Assembly: GCA_013265495.1 (NCBI GenBank)
Contig: MU058004.1
Coordinates: 188,001 to 248,000 of the forward strand
Length of the DNA: 60,000 nucleotides
DNA from: Vicugna vicugna
Lineage: Eukaryota
Reading direction: 5' to 3'
Positions 1-12,329 of the stretch are shown one piece after another (within the stretch, counting starts at the first letter, position 1; every line of letters starts with the position of its first letter). The notes beneath the pieces are model-generated. The model did not search any database and had not been told where the DNA came from. It saw only the letters and a program-made list of their open reading frames with translations. The translations under genes were made by a program, and so were the position numbers.

Positions 1-2745
1 GATTTCTCTGGGCCTTGATTGGAGAAGGACAGGAGGTGGTGGGAGCTGGGGGGCCTCCTGTTGCACCCCGCCCCCCGCCCTGAGCATGAGTGGGTCCTGA
101 GTCCCCTGCACGGTGGCTGCATCCACACAGGGATGCTGGCTCGGAGTCAGAATGACCAAGGGCTAGCAGACCTGGGTGAGCAGGTCTGGGGCCCTTTCTC
201 TCGGAGCCAAAATGTCCCCAAATGTGTTCAGGGACCTTCAGGGTGAGTTGTTTGTTGGAGAAGATGCCAGTTCATGGGAAAGAGGTGAGAGTGAGGAGCC
301 GTGAGTGCAGCCCCAGGAAACAGGGAGCTCATCATGCCCCCACCCCATGCTCAGTCAGGCATGAAGGCCTTGAGATGCCCAGGGAGTGGTGGGTGGGACG
401 GGGGGGCTCTCTCAGTTCTTTTTAGTGAGAAAAACATTACGAAATGCTTTGGGAACTGTTGTGTCTTGTTCAGCTGGGATTTGGGGGGCGGGACGGCAGG
501 ATGGGGAAGGTGTGATGTGTGCAGTGAGAAGCGTCTGGCAGGTTGCAGCCCTGAGAATGATAGGTGTTCTGCTCCTGGAGATTATGTCTAATCCAAAATG
601 ATTCCGCGAAGTTGGGTACTAAGGAAATCTCCGCATCTCCAAGGGCCGCCCAGCAAAGCCCGCTCTGACTGAGGCTTTGTTGCACATTCAGAAAAAACCT
701 CCCATTTCCCCTCCTCCCTCCCCCAAAGGGAAGGTAAAAAGATGAATTTGGAGATCAAAGCACACAGCAGAGCAGGTCTTACTGCAGGAGTGGGAGCAGG
801 GGTCCCAGAGGAGAGGCTCCCCCCTTCTTCTCAGCAAGTGCGCAGAGTGGTGGGAAGTCTCAGACGGGGGTCCCGGGGCAGGACCACCAGGACTGCAGGG
901 AGGCAGCGGGGGTGGCCTGCTTCTAACTGCCCAGCCCAGCTTGTCCTGAAGGCTGGGGGGAGGACCCAGACGTGGGCCAAGGCTGTGGGGGCAGGTGCAG
1001 TGGCCCAGCCAGGGCGCTTGATCTGAGGGCAGATGGAGGAGAGGGGCCGGCCAGGAGAGGGGGGCATGGGGCTGCCCTCCTCGATCCCGTGACGGGAAGG
1101 TCCAGGTCATGCGGTCAAGCAGTGTCGCCCCCTGATTATTCCAGATGCCTCACGGTATTGATGGTGTAGCCCCCACATCCCTGAGGCCGGTGCTGTGATG
1201 AGGAAACAGTAGAAGTTTAGGGGGTTGTCTGGGACTCGGAGTGGAGCCCACTGTCCAGGTCCTGTGCTGGGGTGACCTCCTCCCTCAAGCCCACCATGTC
1301 CAGGGCAGACTCATCGTCTTTGACACCTGCTGCCCTCCGTGGCCCCAGCCCAGGGTACGGGTGCCCCCTCCCTCCACCGGCCTGGTCATTGCTAAACCAC
1401 CTGTGCCCCTCCATCCCGTTCTCTCCTGCTTGGAACACCCGGAGATGCCTTGGGTTGAGTTCCTGGAAGCGGAGCTTAAGACTGATATGGGGGAAGGGCA
1501 GGGCAGCCCCAGCCCAGTCCACGGGGCTCTGGCCTGCGCCCCCACATCGGAGGCTCCCGGCTTTGGGCCCCAGGGACAGATGTAGCCCTGGCATTTCCTG
1601 AGGCAGGGCCTCTTCCCCGAGGACTCCACCCCTCTGCCTGGCCCTGAGAGTCCCAGGCCTCCCGCCCCTTCCTGCAGGTCAGTGCCTGACACTGATCTCT
1701 GACTGCCTGTGTCCTCAGCTGAGTCTGACTTGGAGGGTCTGTAGGAGCTCCGATCCCTAGTAGCCTCGTCCTGTGGTCTCTGCCATCACTACTGCCCTGT
1801 CAGGCAGCGACCCTGCCCAGAGTGCCCCTTACCGCCGCCCCCCTCCCCGTCATGGTGGCTTGCTTGCAGCCGTGTGCGCACCTGCATGTGTGTGAGCAGA
1901 GCCCCCACACAGGCCTGTTTCCCCGGGGTCAGGCCCCCACAGCTTCCCCTCCCCACTGAACTCTGGCTGAGCCCCACAACTAGCAGGACACCACTGGACT
2001 CCATGGCCAGAGTGGAGAGCAGCGCGGCCTCGTAGCCCAGCCGTGGGAGCATGAACACTGCGGGTCGGGTGGTGCGGAGAACCGTGAACGGGCAACCGCA
2101 GCCCCTCGTGGAGGTGACCTTGGAGCCTCAGACACCAAGAGGGGACGGTCTGAGCCGGAGGGGCCTCGCTGGCACAGGCATGAGCTGCACCGCAGGGCTC
2201 TGTGTGCGCAGACCTGCCCTCGTGGGTTCGCCCTGATCTCCTGGCTGCGGCGGCGTCCACATGGGAGGCACGCGTGTGCTTTGTGTCGTCTGTGCAGGAG
2301 GCCTAGGCCTCCCCTCCCCTCTGCGGGGGTCGCTGTGAGGACGTGGGGCCCAGAGCGCGGACACATGTGCGGACACGCAGGGCGTCTTGGGCCTCAGGAC
2401 CCAGAGCTGCTTTTCAGACCTGCTGTCACCCAGTTGGCTTTGCTTTCATTTTGGGGGAATACTTTCCAGACCAGCTGTTACGCATTTTATTACAGATGTC
2501 ATGTCACTTATTTCAAGTCAGTATCAATTCTTTAATTGAAATATTTTAAGAATTGTGCCCAGGACTGTAGCCTTCCTGTTGGTAGGCTGTAGTGTTTTCT
2601 TGCTTAATACTGTTCAGTAAATTACGTTTTAGCGCTTTCATCCTGTGGACGAGACGAGACGGACGTTCTCTTCCTGTTCTTTCGATTAGGGTTTGGGATT
2701 TTGAGACCTATTTTTTCTAAGAAAAAAAAAAGAGATTAAATTAGC

Positions 2746-2897
2746 GGGGGAGGGTATAGGCCCGTGGTAGAGTGCATGCTTAGCATGCACGAAGTCCTGG
2801 GTTCAATCTCCAGTCTCTCCATTAAAAAAAACCAAACTAAACTAAAATTGAAAAAGACCTATGACCTCTCCCCGCCAAAAAATAAAAATAAAAAAGA
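2746..2897 (+). mobile_element. tRNA-derived SINE, camelid Vic-1-like
   Basis: ggggagggtatag...gtggtagagtgcatgcttagcatgcacgaagtcctgggttcaatc (A/B boxes), then an A-rich linker, acctctcccc and an A tail. Confidence 0.85.
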
Positions 2898-2959
2898 GTG
2901 AAGTACCTCCTAGTAGGGGGAAAAAACCTGTCTAAAATATTATTAATGCACGTTATTCA

Positions 2960-3900
2960 GTTCATTTGGGAGCAGCGTTCCAAACGCTGGCCGTCGTCTT
3001 CTTCCACAAAGAGGAGCGTAGTAAAGGACTCGTCTACGCCCCGTGCGTTTCCGGTGGTTTCTACGTGGCAGGTGGGCCTGATTCCGGTCCGCGAGCCGCT
3101 CGGGCCGGTAGAGCGGTGACGGGTGAGCGGCGGCGCCGCGGTGCTCCCCGGGGTCCGGCGCCTCGAACGCCGCGAGCGCGCAGCACGAGGGCTCCGCAGA
3201 CGGCGGCGCCGGCCTCGCCGCGCCCCCGGGCCTGGCTCCCGGAGCCGGGGCGAGCCCGGCCGCTCCCGCGCCTCCCGCCCGCCGGCCGCTGTGCCGTTCC
3301 GGACGCTGGAGCCGGGAACGGAGGTTCCCTGGACTCAGTCGAGGTCGGGTGGGAGGCGCGCGGCGCAGGACGGGGCGGGGGCGCCTGGGCCTCCGCGGGC
3401 CCGTCCCGGGGCGAACGTCGGCCCGCAGACAACGCCTGCCTCCGCGGGGGTCGCTCGGGGTCTCGTCCCGGATCTGGGGTTCGTGGGGCCCCAGGCAGGA
3501 CCTCCCCTCCGCCGCACCTCCGGCCCCTTCCCGGGGACGCGGGGCGGGGGACGTGGTGGGGGCCTCCCAGCGCGGCGGCCGAGGACGCGGGGCCGGGCTG
3601 CCCCTGCCCGTCCAGCTCCCGGCTCTCGGGGGACCCTGCTGCTCCCGCGCGGGGGCTGGGCTGCACCTTCCACGCCTCTTGCTTCTGGTCGTGGTATTTC
3701 CCGCTCCAACCGCCAAACACACGCTTTACTTTGGTTCTGATTATTTACGGCCGTGGAACAAGCCACTCAGAACGCCGGGGCCTGAAACAGTTTGCTGGCA
3801 CTGGTCATGGTTTGCCGACTAAGTGGGGGAGTGAGACTCGGGGGCGTTCGGGGGAGGGGGCGGGTTGGAGGCCTTTCCCCAGATCCGGCCCCTAGTCCTT
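2960..3900. promoter_or_regulatory. CpG island with promoter-like features
   Basis: Very dense CpG and GC content. Two ETS-type TTCCGGT cores at 3049 and 3082, GC boxes (ggggcgggg at about 3372 and 3541), and a strong donor CGG|GTGAGC at 3123. Confidence 0.75.
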
Positions 3901-4274
3901 GTCCCTTTCACCTGGTCGTTGAACTTACTGGCGTAAACTTAGCCCCTATTAACGTGTATAGGGGTTTTTTTTCTCTTGTATTTATTTTTTCACTTTTCAG
4001 TTTTATTAGGTAGAATTGTTATAATTTGACTGCACATACACATTATATTGCATGTCAATACATATACACAATATACTGCACATTTTTTAGTTTACGTATA
4101 TGTATTGATCATTGTTTCTAAGAACCGTTTAGAGCTTTAGCTTTTTAAACTTACACAGTTATCGAAGGAATCAAGCCAACCACAAAATAAGAATCAACAG
4201 AATGCAGTAATCCAATCATAAAGGACCATCAGATGTGCTCACACATATTCAAGAAATCAGTCATCAAAGTTATA

Positions 4275-7200
4275 AATGATAAATTCATTTATATCCCCTT
4301 TTTTTTAATTCCACATATAAGTGATATCATACGGTATTTTTCTTTCTCTTTCTGACTTAGAATGACTATCTCCAGGTCTACCCATGTTGCTGCAAATGGC
4401 ATTGTTTTACTCTGTATGGCTGTGTGATATTTTATTGTGTGGCTAGATAGATAGATATAGATAGCACATCTTCTTTATCCATCCTTCTGTTAATGGACAT
4501 TTGGATTGTTTCCATGTCTTGGCTATTGCACATAGTGCTGCTGTGAACATTGGGGTGCATCTGTCTTTTTGAGTTAAAGTTTTCTCTGTTACGTAGTAAT
4601 TCTATTTTTAGTTTTTTAAGGAAACTCCATACTTTCCTCCATAGTGGCTGCACCAATTTACATTTCCACCAACAGTGTAGGAGGGTTGCCCTTTGTCCAC
4701 ACCCTCTCCAGCATTTATGGTGTGTGGACGTTTTAATGATGGCCATTCTGGCGGGTGTGAGATGATATCTCATTGTAGTTTTGACCTGCATTTCACTGAC
4801 AATTAGCAATGCTGAGCATTTTCCCATGTGCCTATTGCCCATTTGTATGTCTTCATTGGAGAATTGCTTGTTTAGGTCTTCTGCCCATTTTTAGATTGAG
4901 TTGCTTGTTTTTTTTAATTTTAAGGTGTTTCAGCTGTTTGTATATTTGGGAAATTAGTCACTTGTCTGTTACATCATTGGCAAATATTTTCTCCTATTCT
5001 GTAGGTTGTCTTTCTGTTTTGTTGATGGTATCCTTAGCTGTGCAAAAGCTTCTAAGTTTAGTTAGATCCCATTTGTTTATTTTTGCTTTCGTTTCCATTA
5101 CTCCAGGAGCTGGTTCAAAAAATATATTGCTGTGATTTATGTCCAAGACTGTTCTGCCTATATTTTCCCCTAGTTTTATAGTATCTGATCTTATATTTAA
5201 GTCTGTAATCCATTTTGAGTTTAGTTTTGTATATGATGTTAGAGAATGTTTTAATTTCAGTCTTCTACCAGTAGCTGTCCAGTTTTTCCAGCACCACTTA
5301 CTGAAGAGACTGTCTTTTCTCCATTGTGTATTTTTATCTCCTTTGTCATAGATTAATTGACCATAAGTGCGTGGGTTTATTTCTGGACTTTCTATCCTGT
5401 TCCATTGATCTATGTGTCTGTTTTGTGCCAGTACCATGTTGTTTTGATTACTGTAGCTTTGTAGTACAGTCTGAGGTCAGGTAGCATGATTCCTCTAGCT
5501 CTGTTCTTTTTCAAGATTGTTTTGGCTATTCGGGGTCTTTTGTATTTCCAGTACAAATTTTAACATTTTTTGTTCCAGCTCTGTGAAGAATGTTGTTGGT
5601 AATTTGATAGAGGTTGCATTGAATCTGTATATTGCTTTGGGTAGTATGGCCATTTTATCAATATTGATTCTTCCAATCCAAGAACACAGTTTATCTTTCC
5701 ATTTGTTTATGTTGTCTTCAATTTTTGTCATCAGTATCTTATTGAGGACAGGTCTCTTGCCTCCTTGGGTAGGTTTATTCCTAGGTATTTTATTCTTTTA
5801 GGTGTGGTGATAGTTGATATTGTTCCCTTAATTTCCCTTTTTGCTATTTCATTGTTAGAGTATAGGAATGCAACTGATTTCTGAATATTAATTTTGTACC
5901 CTACAACTTTACCAAATTCATTGACAAGCCCTAGTAGTTTTCTGGTTGCTGCTTTTGTGTTTTCTATGCATAGTATCATGTCACCTGCAAACAGTGATAG
6001 TTTCGCTTCTTCGTTTCCACTTTGGGGCCCTTTTATTTCTTCTCTGATTGCTGTGGCTAGGACTTCCAAAACTGTGTTGAATGAAAGTGCTGAGAGTAGG
6101 TGGACATCCTTATCTTGTTTCTGATCGTAAAGGAAATGCTTTCAGCTTTTCACCATTGAGAATGATGCTAGCTGTGGGTTTGTCACATACGGCCTTTATT
6201 ATGTTGAGGTGTGTTCTGTCTGTGCCCACTTTCTGGAGAGTCTTTCTTTTTTTTTAATCATGAATGGATGTTGAAGTTTATCAAAAGCTTTTTTTACATC
6301 TATTGAGATGATCATATGGTTTTTATTCTTCAGTTTGTTAATGTGGTGTATCGCACTGATTGATCTGTGGATACGGAAAAATCCCTGCGTCCCTGGGATG
6401 AATCCCCCTTGGTCATGGTGCATGATCCTTGTAATGCATTGTTGGAGTCGATTTGCTAGTATTTTGTTGAGGATTTTGCATCTATATTCGTAAGTGACAT
6501 TGACCTGTTATGTTCTTTTTTTGTGATATCTTTGTCTGGCTTTGTTATCAGTGTGATGATGGCCTCACAGAATGAGTTCTGAAGTGTTCCTTCCTCTGCA
6601 ATTTTTTTGGAATAGTTTCAGATAGGACAGGTGTTAACTCTTCTTTAAATGTTTGGTAGAATTCACCTGTGAAGCCATCTGGTCCTGGACTTTTATTTGT
6701 TGGGAGTTTTTAAATTACTGATTAAATTTCAGTACTGGTAATTGGTCTATTCATATTGTTTATTTCTTCCTGGTTCAGTTTTGGCAAACTGTACCTTTCT
6801 AAGAAATTGTCCATTTCTTCTATGGTGTCCTTATTTTTTTTTTTTGATGTATAGTTATTCATAGTAGCCTCTTTGATCCCTTGCATTTCTGTGGTGTCTG
6901 TTGTAACGTCTATTTCACTTCTGATTTTGTTAATTTGGGCCCTCTCCCTTTTTTCTTGATGAGTCTGACTAAAGGTTTATCAATTCTGTTTATCTTTTCA
7001 AAGATCCAGCTTTTAGTTTCATTGATCTTTTCTAATTTTTTTTTTTTTAGTCTCTAGTTCATTTACTTTACTCCAGTCTTTATGGTTTCTTTTCTTCTAG
7101 TGACTTTAGCGTTGGTTTGTTCTTCTTTCTCCAGCGGCTTTAGCTGTAAGGTTAGGTTATTGACCTGAGATTTTTCTTGTTTCCTGAGGTAGGCTTGTGT

Positions 7201-10060
7201 CGCTATAAACTTCCCTCTGAGAACTGCTTTTGCTGCATCCCAGAGGTTTTGGGTGGTTGTGTTTTCATTTTCATTTGTCTCAAGGTATTTTTGACTTCCT
7301 CTTCGATTTCTTCCATGATCCACTGGTTGTTTAGTAGCACATTGATTAGTCTCCACGTGTTTGCAGTTTTTGCAGTTTTTTCTTGTAGTTGATTTCCAAC
7401 TTTATAGCAAAAAAAGATGCTTGGTGTGACTTCAGTTTTCTTAAATTTACTGAGGCTGGCTTTGTGGGCCAGCATGTGATCAATTCTGGAGAATGTTCCA
7501 TGTGCACCTGAGAAGAATGTGTGTTCTGCTGATTTCGGAGGGAATGCTCTATAGATAACAGTTAGGTCCATCTGGTCTAATGTGTCAGTTAGGGCCTGTG
7601 TTTCCTTACTGATTTTCTACCTGGATGATCTGTCCACTGATGTTAAGTGGGGTGTTAAGCTCCCCCACTATTGTGTTATTGTTGATTTTTCCTTTTATGT
7701 CTGTTAACAGTTGTCTTACATGTTGAGGTGCTCCCATGTTGGGTGCACACATATTTACAGTTGGTATGTCCTCTTCTTGGGTTGATCCCTTGAGCATTAT
7801 GTATGTCTTTCTTTGTCTCTTGTAACAGTCTTTAGTTTAATATCTGTTTTTTCTGACAAAAGTATTGCTACTTCAGCCTTTAGTTCCCATTTGCATGGAA
7901 TATCTTCTTCCATCCCCTCACTTTCAGCCTGCAGGTGTCTCTAGCTCTGAGGTGAGTCTCTTACAGACAGTGTATATATGGGTCTTGTTTTTGTATCCAT
8001 TCAGCCAGTCTGTGTCTTTTGGTTGAAGTGTTTAATCTATTTACATTTAAGGTAATTATCAATATATATGTTCTTACTGCCATTTTGTTAATTATTTTGG
8101 GTTTGTTTTTGTAGGTCTTTTTTTTTCTCTTTCTTCTTTTTGTTCTCTTTTCTTATGGTTTGATGACTAGAAAAGTTCCTTTAACACTTGTTGTAAAGCT
8201 GGTTTGGTGGTGCTGAATTCTTGTAGCTTTTGTTTATCTGTGAAGCTTTTGATTTCTCCAAGTCTGAACGAGAGCCTTGCTGGTTGGAGTATTCTTGGTT
8301 GTAAGTTTTCCCCTTCCATCACTTTAAATATATTGTGCCGCTCTCTTCTGGCCTGCAGAGTTTCTGCTGAGAAATCAGCTGATAAGCTTACGGGAGTGCC
8401 CTTGTATGTTACTTGTTGCTTTTCTCTTGCTGACTTTAACATTTTGCCTTTATCCTTGGTTTTTGTCAGTCTGCTGACTCTGTGCCTTGGTGCTCTCCTC
8501 TCTGGGTTGGTCCTGGGTGGTATTCTTGTGCTTCCTGGACGTGGGTGACTGTTTCCTTTCCCAGGTTGGGGAAGTTTTCAGTTATTATCTCTTCAAAAAT
8601 TTTATCAGGTCTTGTCTCTCTCCTCTTTCTGGGGCCCCTGTAATGCGAATATCAGTGTGCTTCATGTTGTCCCAAAGTTCTCTCAAGTTACCGTCATTTC
8701 TTTTCATTCTTTTTTCTTCTTTCTGTTCTGCAGTAGTGATTTCCACTAATCTGTCTTCTAGCTCACGGATCCATTCTTCTGCCTCACTTATCTATTCTTG
8801 GTTCCTTCTAGTGTGTTATTCATTTCAGTGATTTTATTCTTCAGCTCTATTTGAGTATTCTTTATATTGTCTAACTCTTTGCTAAAAACTTTACTCTGTG
8901 CATCTAGACTCCTCTTGAGTTCTCTGAACATCATCGCCATCATTACTTTAAACTCTTTCTCAGATAAATTGCCTACCTCCTCATCACTTATTTCTTCTTC
9001 TGGGATTTTTATCTTGTACCTTGGCCTGGGAGATATTCCTCTGCTGCCTTATATTGTCTATCTTTCTATTTGTATTTTAGGTAGGTTAGTTAAGTTTCTC
9101 GACCTTGGAGAGGTGGTCCTTTATGGGAGACGTTCTGTGCGTCCCAGCAGTACACTCCTCTCCTGTCCGCCAAGGCCCAGGGTCCAGCTGGTCCCATTGC
9201 AGAGTCTGGCCTGTGTTTGTGGATTCCTTCCACAGGCTTTGGGATTGTTGTTTTCTTATTTCTAGTATCTGCCCCTGGTGGGTGAGGCTGGACTAGAGGC
9301 TTATGCAGGTTTCCTGGCAGGAGGAGCCAGTGCCTGCCCACTGCTGGGTGAAGCTTGGTCCTGGACCTCTGGTGGGTAGGGCCATGTCTAGAGGCTCAGG
9401 AGGTCTGCTGATGGCTGGGGCTGTGCTCCCATCCTGTATGTTCTTCGGCCTGAGGCTTCCCCTACAGGCTGTTGGGTCGGGCCGGGTCTTGGTGCTAATG
9501 ATCCAATCAAGATGTCAGCCTCCAGGAAAGCTCCTGTACATGAACACTCCCGGAATGTTTGCCACCAGCTTTTATGTCCCCTGGGTGAGCCGCAGCCGTC
9601 CCCCACGTCCCCAGGAGACCCTCCAAATCCAGCAGGCAGGCCTGGCCCAGGTTCCTGTGAAATCATTGCCTCTGTCTTTGGACCTGGCACACTCGAGATT
9701 CTGTGTATGCTTCCCAAGCGAATGACGTCTCTGTTCCCCCAGTATCTTAGGGCTCCTGGAGTGAAGCCCCACCGGCCTTCAGAACCAGATGTCCTGGGGT
9801 TTCCTCCTCCTCCCAATGCCAGACCCTCGGGCTAGGGAGCCTGCCGTGGGGCTCAGAGCTCTCACTCCTGTGGGAGGGCCTCTGCGACTTAACTGTTCTT
9901 CAACTTGCGGTTCACCCACCAGGGGGGTGGGGCCTGATTATATCGCAAGCACGCCCCTCCTACCGTCCCGCTGTGCTTCCGTCTTTATGTTTCCAGTTGA
10001 AGGAGGTCTTGTTTTGCTAGGTGCCAGTCTTTCTTCCAGTGGCTGTTCAGCAGCCACGCG
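4275..10060 (-). mobile_element. Near-full-length decayed LINE-1 (5'UTR about 10060-9060, ORF1 about 9050-8167, ORF2 about 8083-4430, partial 3'UTR)
   Basis: Minus-strand fragments are typical of L1: ORF1 LQARRE..IFKVM..NLQPRILQPARLSF; ORF2 start MAVRTYILIITLNVN at 8083; [78 protein letters not shown]. Multiple frameshifts and stops. Confidence 0.95.
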
Positions 10061-10129
10061 AGCTCGTAGTCCCGTCTGTAGGTTTCATGGTGGCTTGACT
10101 TCTGTCTTTCCTTCCGTTGATCATTCACG

Positions 10130-10510
10130 TCTTTTATTTTGATCGTACGTTAAGTTAGAGGTCTATCAATATTACTGTTTTCAAAGAGTAAGCTCCCGGT
10201 TTACTGATGTTCTTGCTCGTCCACGTTCTATGTTGTGAATTTCGGCTCTATTAGGTCTTTTCTTCCGTTCACTTTGTTCTTTTTCTTCTTAAGGAAGAAG
10301 TTTCGATCCCTGGTGTGAGACCTTATTTTCTGATATAAGCATTGTAAGTTATAAAATTTTCTTTGAACATTGTTCTGGCTGCATTCCATGATCTTGATAT
10401 GTTGTTTTTCAGTTTCTTGTGGTTTAAAATATTTTCTAACTTCGTGTTTTTTTTCTCTTTGATCCATGGGAAATTTAGAAGTACACTGTTTTAATTCCCA
10501 AGCATTTGAG
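10130..10510 (-). mobile_element. Older L1 ORF2 fragment
   Basis: T-rich L1-like text (tcaatattactgttttcaaag, gctgcattccatg...ttgatccatggg). Confidence 0.6.
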
Positions 10511-10769
10511 ATCCTGCTGGGGCAGTGGGCAGTGCAGGAGGGCGGTGCTCAGGGATCCTGACTCCCGGCCGGCTCTGCTGGAGGCCTGGCTCCTCACTGA
10601 CCACACCGCCTCTCGCCAGAGCTGCCTCTTGTCCTGACCCTTCGCCGCTTTTGTGCACTCCCTCCTGCTCCCTGGGCCTGCACCTGAAGAACGGATTGAG
10701 TCCTGTGGGGACAGATACTTAGACAGCACAAGAGCCAAAATAATAATATTTAACTTTTTGGTAGTTTCA

Positions 10770-11000
10770 TTAAAAAGGTAAAAAGCAGAAGAATTTAATT
10801 ATAGTAACATCTTTTACTTAATCAGTATGCACAGAATGCTATCATTTCAACATGTGACTGCCGTAAAATACCTTTATACCTGCGTCTTCTCTCACCTGAG
10901 TCTCCGCACCCACCGCCACCTGCGGGGACCAGCCTCATGCGCCCATGTCTGGGGACGGGCTCTGTGTTCTCTGGTCACTCCTGCAACCGCGTGAGACAGC
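10770..11000. mobile_element. hAT-Charlie MER3/MER33-like DNA transposon relic
   Basis: tttaattatagtaacatcttttacttaatcagtat...tatcatttcaacatgt resembles the recalled MER3 consensus. Confidence 0.45.
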
Positions 11001-11763
11001 TGGGACGTCAACTTGCCAGAAAATGCTCCTGGATTTTTTAGCAAGTAAGCATTGAAAGCAGGAAGCTCAGTTCTGCTTTGTAATGGTTTCCAAATAAAAG
11101 TGTGAAGTCGAGTTTTTCCTGACAGTCGGAAAGTCACACCTGTTGGGACTGACGTTTTGTGTTGGCTGGAAGCACTGGTGTTCAGAGGACCTTGGGCCCT
11201 TCTGTCACACTTGTGGGCACAAGCCTGGCTTCCAGGGCCCTGCAGACACCCCCAGAGACGCTGGTGTGAGCCATGGGTCATGGTGACCACAGAGCTGCAC
11301 TGACCCTTCAGACCGTCCCTGCTGGCAGCTCCCTGGTGCAGCAGGTTTTGGGAAAGACTTTCTGTGTCCTTGCAGTCGGGCCCAGCCATAGGCACCCCCT
11401 GCTCTGCTCTGCGTCGCGAGGGACTAATTCCCACCTTGACGATTTCCCGCAGGTGAACTTAGTGGCTCCGTCTCAGGCGTCACCGTGTGGGGTGTGTGTC
11501 AGCTGCCTGGCTCCTTCCTGGGGCGTCCGCCCCCTGCGAGCCTGTGCTGCGGCATCTGGGCATGGCCTGTGGAGCAACGTTTGGTTATGTGCGGGCAGGT
11601 TTTGTGTGGGTGTAGTGCCTGTGTTTTGAGGCCCTAGGGTGTGGGGGCTCCATCTCCCCATTCCTCCTGCAGTGTGTGAGATTTTCACTTGAGGTTGTCA
11701 GTCGTTAATTTCAGCATCCTTGAGGGTGCAGGGTTTCATTGCAGTTAAAATCTCATTTCCCTG

Positions 11764-11885
11764 TCCCTGGCGTCCACCAACTGGATACCAGGAGTGCCCC
11801 CTCCCCTCGCCCCACCCACCCTGCCCCAGGTGTGACCACCAAGACGCCTGCGAACATCACCAAATGTTCCAGCGTTGGGGGGGCA
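11764..11885 (+). mobile_element. MER20-like DNA transposon fragment
   Basis: cctggcgtccaccaactggataccaggag...ccaggtgtgaccaccaagacgcctgcgaacatcaccaaatgttcc...gggggc resembles the recalled MER20 consensus. Confidence 0.55.
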
Positions 11886-11987
11886 CTGGAAATGTTGCCC
11901 TGATGTCCCAGTGCGGAGGGGGTGGCCACTGGAAATGTTGCCCTGATGTCCCAGTGCGGAGCTGGTGGCCACTGGAAATGTTGCCCT
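11884..11987. repeat. 43-bp tandem repeat, about 2.4 copies
   Basis: cactggaaatgttgccctgatgtcccagtgcggag(gg/ct)ggtggc starting at 11884, 11927 and 11970. Confidence 0.95.
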
Positions 11988-12272
11988 AAATGGAAAATGG
12001 TCTTTGCAGATGTGAGTGATTAAGGGTTTTGAGACAGGAGATTGTTCCAGGCTGTCTGGATGGGCCCTGGATGCCACGTAAGTGTCCTTGTAAGAGGGAG
12101 GCGGGGGGACGTGACCCAGACACAAGCTGTGAAGTCAGGAGAAGCCCTGCTGACCCCTGACTTCACTCCGCAAGACCTATTTAGACCTTCTGGCCTCCGA
12201 AACTGTGAGAAACCAAACTACTGTTGCTTTAAGCCACTAAGTTTGCGGTGATTTGTTACAGGAAACTAATAC
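11970..12272 (+). mobile_element. MaLR LTR (MLT1-type)
   Basis: tggaaaatggtctttgcagatgtg..attaag, then ttctggcctccgaaactgtgaga...gttgctttaagccactaagtttgcggtgatttgttacaggaaactaataca, the typical MLT1 3' end. Confidence 0.85.
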
Positions 12273-12329
12273 AATTGCTACATGAAGTTCAGCAGGCCTG
12301 AGTGAACGTGGACACGTGCCTCATTCACG

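Noticed and set aside
2746..2820. tRNA-like sequences (also 42252-42325 and 47840-47915)
   Set aside because: Degenerate stems followed by SINE tails and TSDs, so these are SINE heads and not tRNA genes.
2943..3895. Overlapping long ORFs (309, 259, 219 and 205 aa) on both strands of the CpG island
   Set aside because: Low-complexity Arg/Gly/Pro/Ala sequence, open in several frames at once, mostly non-ATG starts and no recognisable domain. This is the expected stop-codon scarcity at very high GC.
4432..8442. Active LINE-1 or domesticated reverse transcriptase
   Set aside because: ORF1 and ORF2 are broken by many frameshifts and stops, and the ORF1 start appears mutated.
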